A stretch of DNA of 38,360 nucleotides, taken from the IMG/VR virus record IMGVR_UViG_3300048575_000463, positions 1 to 38,360 of that record; one strand, given 5' to 3'. Positions 19,060-25,432 of the stretch are shown piece by piece. The notes beneath the pieces were generated by a model. The model did not search any database and was not told the origin of the DNA. It saw nothing but the letters and a program-made list of their open reading frames with translations. A program made the translations under genes and the position numbers. The stretch's first letter is position 1; every line of letters starts with the position of its first letter. The DNA comes from a virus (taxonomy: Duplodnaviria > Caudoviricetes).

Positions 19060-19500
19060 TCAGCATCCCACACCCTGCAGCCGCTGATTTTCGATCCGCA
19101 ACTGCCTCACTTCATTTTCAAGATCACGGATCCGGCTCTCGTAATCCTTGTTCTTTTTGTCGCGGTCCTTCATCTCATTCGTCAGAAGAGTGATCCGCCC
19201 TTCCAATTCAGCGATCTTTGCATCTTTTGTTTTGTTTGCTTCTGCAAAATCCTCAATTTGATCCTGCAATGGCTTGATCATTGACGACGCTGCGTCCGTG
19301 AGCATTTTTGCCAGTTCCACATTGCCATTCGCCAGGTCAAGCATGGATTTTTCGATCTCAACCCCGATCTTCCGTGTTTCAGCCTTTGACTTCCCGCCAT
19401 CGGCCCGATTTTTGTTTCCCGAGGTGATCGTCAGGTAGATCCCAACCAGTAAAATCAGGAATGAAACAAATCGCTCTACAGTCTCAAACGTCAATGTCAT
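19060..19500 (-). CDS. Membrane-anchored coiled-coil protein (lysis-associated?)
   Basis: N-terminal TM (FVSFLILLVGIYLTI) and long heptad C-terminus; RBS before ATG 19500. Confidence 0.55.
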   Translation of the reverse strand: MTLTFETVERFVSFLILLVGIYLTITSGNKNRADGGKSKAETRKIGVEIEKSMLDLANGNVELAKMLTDAASSMIKPLQDQIEDFAEANKTKDAKIAELEGRITLLTNEMKDRDKKNKDYESRIRDLENEVRQLRIENQRLQGVGC

Positions 19501-19611
19501 CGGCCTTCTCCGCTGCACACGCCCCCATCGGGGAGCATTGCCCCCCTTCGTGAAGGGGGGTAGGGGGGATTCATGCCGGGCGCCAGGCACATTCCCAACG
19601 CCCGGCGTCAA

Positions 19612-20022
19612 TCACTTTTTGCTGATCGCCTTCGTGATTTTCAATTCCAGCCCCTGGTACACCTTCTCAAAGACCAGGTTGTAGATCACCGCCGCAAAGC
19701 CCGCATATGCAGTGATCAAAGCCAGGATCGAACATACGAACTTGAAGCCAATCTCGAAAATAATGGGCAGCCATGCCAGAATGGCCATCGTCACATCGAA
19801 CGGTTCACCGGTGACCGGAGGCGCGGCAGGGAACACCGGCAGCGCAGGAAACACCGGGATGGAAAACACCAATGCCAGCACCACCGAAATGACCACCATC
19901 ACCCAGGTGATCACCTTCCGGTTGATCGGCTTGTTCATGGCCGTCGCGATCATCTTTATGCCCTGCACCAGCACGCTGGCCACAAAACCGATGATCACAA
20001 TTTGTTCAGCTGTAGGACTCAT
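19612..20022 (-). CDS. Holin-like membrane protein
   Basis: Three or more hydrophobic segments, VLVQGIK motif, basic C-terminus; first gene of the late operon. Confidence 0.55.
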   Translation of the reverse strand: MSPTAEQIVIIGFVASVLVQGIKMIATAMNKPINRKVITWVMVVISVVLALVFSIPVFPALPVFPAAPPVTGEPFDVTMAILAWLPIIFEIGFKFVCSILALITAYAGFAAVIYNLVFEKVYQGLELKITKAISKK

Positions 20023-20081
20023 CTTCAACCTTTCCACTTTGGCTCATTCCGTTGGCTGAGCCTGTCGAAGCCCTGGGAGTT

Positions 20082-20124
20082 AACGCAAAAACGCCCGCAC
20101 AGGACGGATATCCTGTGCGGGCGT
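20082..20124 (-). terminator. Terminator hairpin in the late-operon leader
   Basis: 14-bp perfect stem ACGCCCGCACAGGA/TCCTGTGCGGGCGT followed by TTTTGCGTT on the minus strand. Confidence 0.7.
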
Positions 20125-20169
20125 CAATCTCCCGCTTTGGCCCTCAACGTGAGAGGACCGACTAAGAAA

Positions 20170-20198
20170 ATTTTAACACCTTTAGAACATTAATTCAA
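20170..20198 (-). promoter_or_regulatory. Late promoter candidate with a LexA-like box
   Basis: TTGAAT-17 bp-TAAAAT with extended TG; GAAC-ATTA-ATTC at 20185-20196. Confidence 0.55.
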
Positions 20199-20365
20199 GA
20201 GTCAATTTCCCCGTCTGAAAGACCGAAAAATTGAACATATTTGCCTGGAAAGTTTTTTCAAGCCAATAAACATTAAAAACATCACCCCATAGACCGCCAT
20301 CGTCCCTACGATCACAATCAAGATCTTCGCCGCATCCGCCACTGCCAACTGCGCCAGGTATTGGA

Positions 20366-20716
20366 TCATCCCTCCACTCCCACCACTTCAATAAACCCCA
20401 ATAGTTTCGGATCCGCATCGTACCCCGCCAGGTACCGCCGGCGCCCCCAGTATATATCCCGGTCCAGCACCAGATCCTTGTACCCCGTCTCAAAAACCTT
20501 TGACGCATCCGGCTTGTGACCATCCTTCGTCCGAAACCGCCGCACCTCAAGATCCACCGGCCGGCTGACAACCTGTTTCCCACTCTTCCCCCGGTTCACC
20601 TGGAAGAAATACTCCTGCGCGATCCACGCCTTTTCAGCAATGGAATCAATCCGCTCCCCATCGTCAAATAGATCCTTCGCCAGCACAATCTTTCCACCAA
20701 ATTTAGATTGAGGCAT
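20366..20716 (-). CDS. Hypothetical protein
   Basis: ORF in the operon chain, ATG 20716. Confidence 0.55.
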   Translation of the reverse strand: MPQSKFGGKIVLAKDLFDDGERIDSIAEKAWIAQEYFFQVNRGKSGKQVVSRPVDLEVRRFRTKDGHKPDASKVFETGYKDLVLDRDIYWGRRRYLAGYDADPKLLGFIEVVGVEG

Positions 20717-21056
20717 TTTCTTCTCTTGTAATAATTTTGCAATATACAATGGCTTTCAATTTTTCTACAAAACCGACCAGGTAAATTCCATATGGCGTGA
20801 CAATCCTCTTATCGAAAATAATTTCAATTCGCCCGCCAATATAGTCATTTTCATCCTCTTCCAATGACGTACTGAAAGGTATGTCGCTTTCATATACATC
20901 CGGGAACTCTTTGAATTGAAGACTCTTCGGATGCTTTTCCCCCTCTGCGAAATAGTTGCAAAGAAACATCATCAAATCAAAATCGACTTTCGTCTTCATG
21001 CCTAAGAAAAAATCATTCGAAACGAACATATTGCCATAAATTGTTTCTTCAGTCAT
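20703..21056 (-). CDS. Hypothetical protein (AT-rich)
   Basis: GAGGTG RBS before ATG 21056; own TATAAT at 21075-21080 next to GAAC-AATT-ATTC. Confidence 0.55.
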   Translation of the reverse strand: MTEETIYGNMFVSNDFFLGMKTKVDFDLMMFLCNYFAEGEKHPKSLQFKEFPDVYESDIPFSTSLEEDENDYIGGRIEIIFDKRIVTPYGIYLVGFVEKLKAIVYCKIITREENASI

Positions 21057-21370
21057 ACGCTCACCTCTTCTCTTATTATAGAACAATTATTCACCTCCCG
21101 CTCAGCCCGGTGACGTTGCTGCCGGGAAACAATCCTCTCCAATTCATCTTCACCCGGCACCCATGCCCGCTTGCTCTCACACACCGAGCACCGGATCTCG
21201 ATCGCACTATCCACAATGGCCAGCACATCCACATCCGGAATAATTCCCTGGTCAGCTCCGTAATTGATAGCGTACCGGTATAACAGCAAACTCCTGAGGC
21301 CTCGCCCACTCTTGTGGACGATCCCCAGCACATGCCCATTGTCGCATTTAAAATCACGCAGCTCATCCAT
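21053..21370 (-). CDS. Com-like zinc-ribbon protein (candidate late regulator)
   Basis: RDFKCDNGHVLG...IEIRCSVC pattern resembles Mu Com zinc ribbons; GGAGG RBS. Confidence 0.5.
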   Translation of the reverse strand: MDELRDFKCDNGHVLGIVHKSGRGLRSLLLYRYAINYGADQGIIPDVDVLAIVDSAIEIRCSVCESKRAWVPGEDELERIVSRQQRHRAEREVNNCSIIREEVSV

Positions 21371-21384
21371 TCGCGCCTCCGTTT

Positions 21385-21648
21385 TCAACCCCTCTCCCCA
21401 CCTGCCCTGGACAGCTTTTGTTCAGGGTCGGGGAGAGGCTGGGAGAGGGGATACCACACAAACATACAATGCCAGGTCCCCGGGATATTCTCATCCGGCC
21501 AGCCCGCGGTGACAGCCTTCGGATCCGTGATCCGCAGCTCCGCCTTCCATTCGTCAACATCCACCGGGAAACCATCCATCCGCGTTACCTGGTAATGTCG
21601 CTGCCCATCCTTTGAAACAAAATCCAAAGCCATCACTCCTTTAGCCAT
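21385..21648 (-). CDS. Hypothetical protein whose C-terminus is encoded by a REP-like palindrome
   Basis: 87-aa ORF; the last ~20 codons are the palindrome at 21389-21450. Confidence 0.5.
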   Translation of the reverse strand: MAKGVMALDFVSKDGQRHYQVTRMDGFPVDVDEWKAELRITDPKAVTAGWPDENIPGTWHCMFVWYPLSQPLPDPEQKLSRAGGERG

Positions 21649-21824
21649 TATTTATAGCCCTTCCAAAATTCTTTTCTCCCGCATCCTTTTGGATAAAGAA
21701 TAATTTTGAAGAAACCAATGTTCCAAGTTTTTCCCAGGATTCCTTCATGGTCTTTATATTTGAATCCAATCCATTTGGAATAAATAACAAAATTCATTCT
21801 ATTTCCAAGATGGATTATTTTCAT
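21648..21824 (-). CDS. Small AT-rich hypothetical protein
   Basis: 58 aa, ATGA overlap with the upstream gene. Confidence 0.45.
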   Translation of the reverse strand: MKIIHLGNRMNFVIYSKWIGFKYKDHEGILGKTWNIGFFKIILYPKGCGRKEFWKGYK

Positions 21825-22324
21825 TTCGAAGCCCTCACCCGTCTCCACGCCCGCGCGCACTCCGCGCTGTGACACGCCTGCCACGGCACCCGCGGAACAA
21901 ACTCGATCATGCACCCAGGGTTCGCGCACCGGCGGCTGTCCCCCAAAATCAAAGCCCCCGGTGACACCTTCCCGATCGCCAGTACCGAAACCTTCGTGCT
22001 CGCCGCCAGGTCCTCGGGCGCCCCATCGATCAGCGCACCCAGGCGCATCATTGCATCCACCAATTTCGCGCTCGCCTGGAGGTTACCCGTCAACACACCG
22101 CGCAAATATCGGTACGTCCAGGGTGGATCCTTCCGGGCCACGTCAGATAACCGCAAAGCAATCTCCGTCAGCACCGTAGACCCGTCCAAATACGGATCAT
22201 GCCCTGACGCCCGTATGACATCCTCTAACAGGCTTTTCCCATCTTGGGGCAAAGATATCGCCATAGTCCCTCTTGTAGAACCTGACATAGTTCTGACATT
22301 GTCAGACGCTGTTTTATTCATCAT
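21821..22324 (-). CDS. Putative DNA-binding protein (HTH-like plus C-terminal zinc finger)
   Basis: WTYRYLRGVLTG helix motif; CANPGC...CHSAEC. Confidence 0.55.
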   Translation of the reverse strand: MMNKTASDNVRTMSGSTRGTMAISLPQDGKSLLEDVIRASGHDPYLDGSTVLTEIALRLSDVARKDPPWTYRYLRGVLTGNLQASAKLVDAMMRLGALIDGAPEDLAASTKVSVLAIGKVSPGALILGDSRRCANPGCMIEFVPRVPWQACHSAECARAWRRVRASK

Positions 22325-22698
22325 TTCACCTCTTTACTTTTGAATGCCTGGCCCCAACCCCGTCCATCAAGACATGACCGCCCGATTGGATATTTCTCAT
22401 TGGCAAAGGTCATTTGTTGTATTTGAAAATCAATAGGCAATCCGGTCATTTCTTTTCCGAGCGAAGAAAACGCCAGGCATAAAGACTGCCATTTCAGATT
22501 AAGAAATTCTGTATGCTCATTGAATGAGCCGAAAAGATTTTCATATTCCTCATCAGGAAGGATTAACCTGACATCAACATCACGCCATACCTTATTGTTT
22601 ACGGATGATCCGACGTGATATGGAAAGGCCCCAAAGGCTTCAAAAACGATCTGTCCAAAGATCTGCAGGAGAATTCCTGAAGGCATACCAACACCCAT
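22321..22698 (-). CDS. Pol-beta-superfamily minimal nucleotidyltransferase-like protein
   Basis: hGS motif (YHVGSS), DxD (RDVDVRL) and a third Asp (PIDFQ); GGAGGTGA RBS. Confidence 0.6.
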   Translation of the reverse strand: MGVGMPSGILLQIFGQIVFEAFGAFPYHVGSSVNNKVWRDVDVRLILPDEEYENLFGSFNEHTEFLNLKWQSLCLAFSSLGKEMTGLPIDFQIQQMTFANEKYPIGRSCLDGRGWGQAFKSKEVK

Positions 22699-23366
22699 CA
22701 ATTCACCTCCAACAACTTGAACTCAATGACCCAAACCCATGGGTTTACATCCCATCCAAACCCGCGGCCTTTGTTCAGCCGATTCCATAACCGGCGGAAG
22801 TTCGCCTGGTAAGCCCCCATCGGGCCGATATTGAAATCATATCCATCGCTGAAAGCACAGTGCATACCCTCAGCCCTGGCATCCTTATAGGAAATGGATT
22901 GCACCCGTTCAACCCGTATATCAGCGATCTCCAATAAAATCCTGAAAATACTTTTCGGCATAAACCTGGATGACTTCCATGGCAATGGTGTATATCCACC
23001 GCGGCGGCCATACAAAGCCAATTCAATTTCTGAGAAATCAGCTTTATATTCAATCTCAAATTCGTCGGGGCCGACTCTTTGATTTCGCCAGGTTTCCTTT
23101 ACCCACAGCCGATCACCGGGATGACCATATGGGCAATGGATACTAAAAGTCTTATCTTCCCAGCATCCATCACCACGCCGGGAACGCAGAACCCATCCGC
23201 TTTCCGGAACGTCAGTACAGTAATAACCAGTCTCCAGCCCGGAGAATGACAAATTCAATCCTTCTTCGCGCGGTTTGAATTTTGCTATCCGCCGCGTCTG
23301 AGTCTTCCGGCCTTCCAAAATTGCCTTGACCATTTCATTCGAAAATAAAATTGGACTTTCCTTCAT
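22698..23366 (-). CDS. ASCH/PUA-like phage protein
   Basis: PILFSNEMVKAILEGRKTQTRR, GDRLWVKETW and NPWVWVIEF motifs. Confidence 0.8.
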   Translation of the reverse strand: MKESPILFSNEMVKAILEGRKTQTRRIAKFKPREEGLNLSFSGLETGYYCTDVPESGWVLRSRRGDGCWEDKTFSIHCPYGHPGDRLWVKETWRNQRVGPDEFEIEYKADFSEIELALYGRRGGYTPLPWKSSRFMPKSIFRILLEIADIRVERVQSISYKDARAEGMHCAFSDGYDFNIGPMGAYQANFRRLWNRLNKGRGFGWDVNPWVWVIEFKLLEVN

Positions 23367-23626
23367 GCCCTTACCTCTTTTTCATAGGCCTGTTTGAACT
23401 TGTCTGCCAGAACTTCAATATCCATCCGGGAAAAATTATTCAATCCTTTTTGCAGGATAAATATTTTCAGATCTTCAATTGCCTTGAGATAAATTTCGTC
23501 ACAGACATCAGACAAACCATCACGAAAATTTTGTTCATCTTCAATTCCGGCTGGCTCGTTTTCATGGACAAATTTTTCCAAAGCTGTTTCACACAGGTAT
23601 CTCTCTTTATATTCTGGTAATTTCAT
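23363..23626 (-). CDS. Hypothetical protein
   Basis: 87 aa; GGAGGTGA RBS; ATGA overlaps on both sides. Confidence 0.6.
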   Translation of the reverse strand: MKLPEYKERYLCETALEKFVHENEPAGIEDEQNFRDGLSDVCDEIYLKAIEDLKIFILQKGLNNFSRMDIEVLADKFKQAYEKEVRA

Positions 23627-23868
23627 GCCTTCACCTCCATCGTTTCCACCACCTGACTTCTTCCCGCAATCCCCGTCACCCGGCCAACCCGCACCCCCTC
23701 CGGCACCACCACCACACCAGGCGGGAAATTCCCGTTGTCTAAATCGAGTTTCATTTCCTCGCTGGTCAACACTCGCCCGATCCAGTAATCCGGGTAACTC
23801 TCCGGATCCAAAATAGATCCGTGCGGCGCATACCCCACCACCATCCACCGCGGCGCATCCAGAGCCAT
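23623..23868 (-). CDS. Hypothetical protein
   Basis: 81 aa; TGATG coupling to the DUF5131 gene. Confidence 0.55.
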   Translation of the reverse strand: MALDAPRWMVVGYAPHGSILDPESYPDYWIGRVLTSEEMKLDLDNGNFPPGVVVVPEGVRVGRVTGIAGRSQVVETMEVKA

Positions 23869-24923
23869 CAAGCCCCCCTTCGTGAAGGGGGGGAGGGGGG
23901 ATTCGGAAACTCACTCCACTCCTGCCCATCCAACATCCGCCCGGATTTTTTCTTTCCAGATCTATGCACGGCCACAGCAGAACTCATCCGCATCTTCTCC
24001 GTGTATCCCCTGGACTGGCTATCAACATATTCCCCATCCAACGTGACAACCCCATGCCGTGACCACGCCAGGTGAAAATCATGCCTCCACTCGCCCCACC
24101 CCTTGAAGAAGAACCGCACCCCCGCCGCCTGGCATTGATCCCGCAGAGACCGCACCCAATCCGGGTGCATCGGCCGCGCCCCCGGCCCCGTCTCCCCACC
24201 GCATATCACCCAGTCCAAAAGGGGACCAGGTTCTTCCTCTTCATCATGCGGCCAGGTATCCAGTGGACAGTGCCTTCCCGTTTTAATCGGTTCTCCATCG
24301 CGGATCTGCGGGCACCCGGGATGATTACAATCACCGTCCCGGTCAGCATGACACCTCTCCAGATACTTTTGGATATCCATCGCCCCCAACATCGGCTCCA
24401 CGCTGACAAACCTCACCGCCGCCGGTGTCTGCAACAACAGCGGGATCCGCTCATCCGCCATCGCCTGATTTTCCGCCGTCACCCCCAGCCAAACATTCGG
24501 CAGCGGCCAAATAATGGGTAGCCATGCCTCGCCCATTTGCGCGGTCAATCCTGTGTTGGTACTCCTTTTCATATATTCAAGCATCCGTTTTGGACGCTTA
24601 GTGAGAATGATGTACGTAATGTGAGGGGTGAGCATCATTGACGTATTCACTTTATCGATGAAATATTCAGGGACATCTTCATGAAATATATCCCCCATGC
24701 TATTAACAAACACCCTGGCAGGCTTCACCCAACGAAGCGGCTCTTCCAGCTTTTCCGGATGCACCACCACCCGGAACGGATCATCCGCCGGATACCCGAA
24801 CCGCCCCGCCAACCTCTTCGCCATCCTGGCCGCGTAGCAATGCTCACACCCCGCACTCACCGGGTCACATCCCGTCACCGGGTTCCATACCTTGTCACAC
24901 CATTCAATCCGTGTATTTCCCAT
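23868..24923 (-). CDS. Phage Gp37/Gp68 (DUF5131) radical-SAM-like protein
   Basis: IEWCD..WNPVTGC..VSAGCEHCYA, FVNSMGDIFH, LTKRP, WVICGGETG and FFFKGWG motifs. Confidence 0.9.
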   Translation of the reverse strand: MGNTRIEWCDKVWNPVTGCDPVSAGCEHCYAARMAKRLAGRFGYPADDPFRVVVHPEKLEEPLRWVKPARVFVNSMGDIFHEDVPEYFIDKVNTSMMLTPHITYIILTKRPKRMLEYMKRSTNTGLTAQMGEAWLPIIWPLPNVWLGVTAENQAMADERIPLLLQTPAAVRFVSVEPMLGAMDIQKYLERCHADRDGDCNHPGCPQIRDGEPIKTGRHCPLDTWPHDEEEEPGPLLDWVICGGETGPGARPMHPDWVRSLRDQCQAAGVRFFFKGWGEWRHDFHLAWSRHGVVTLDGEYVDSQSRGYTEKMRMSSAVAVHRSGKKKSGRMLDGQEWSEFPNPPSPPSRRGA

Positions 24924-24926
24924 ATC

Positions 24927-25040
24927 TCACCTTTCCACGATCGTAGGAAGAAATCGCACAAAAAAGAAATAATTCACAGCCAGAGCAAAAGCCACCACCA
25001 AAAACGAAATAGCCAGGATTTTCAACGATTCCTTATCCAT
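24927..25040 (-). CDS. 37-aa single-TM membrane peptide
   Basis: MDKESLKILAISFLVVAFALAVNYFFFVRFLPTIVER; GGAG RBS; below the ORF-track cutoff. Confidence 0.5.
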   Translation of the reverse strand: MDKESLKILAISFLVVAFALAVNYFFFVRFLPTIVER

Positions 25041-25092
25041 TCAGCGCTCCATCATTCATTACCAAAAGCACGGCAGAAGCAGGCCTCAAACC

Positions 25093-25432
25093 TATGAACA
25101 TTGAATCGGCAATGTTCATAGAATCGGAATCAATGTTCATACATCGGCCCTCTACCCCTGTCTCGTTTTCTCCCACTTGGCTACTGCATGTTAATAGATA
25201 TTCATTCTTCTTCATGCAATGCCCGCCGGATGGGAAAAAATATTCCGAATAAACCCAAAATATAGGCCGTTTTTGCCTAAAAATCCCCGAAAAATCGGCT
25301 ATGAACATAATGAACATAATGAATATATAAAAGCCGTAGGGCAGAAATAAAAAATTTTTGCCGTTTTTCACGAAAAAATATTTACAACCGGCCAGAAGTA
25401 GTTTTTCGTTCATAATGTTCATAATGTTCATA
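25093..25432. repeat. Iteron-like array (ATGAACAT), probable replication origin
   Basis: About 9 copies in both orientations: 25093, 25111, 25132, a forward tandem trio 25301-25327 and a reverse tandem trio 25407-25431; AT-rich spacers; directly after the primase stop. Confidence 0.7.

Noticed and set aside
19501-19611. N-terminal extension of the 183-aa ORF 19060-19611
   Set aside because: It consists of palindromic repeat sequence; a better RBS and ATG are at 19500.
25033-25431. 132-aa ORF beginning MNIMNIMN
   Set aside because: It is the translation of the iteron array and A/T tracts, so probably non-coding origin DNA.
25301-25432. CRISPR-like array
   Set aside because: The repeats are 9 bp and tandem, with no unique spacers and no cas genes.
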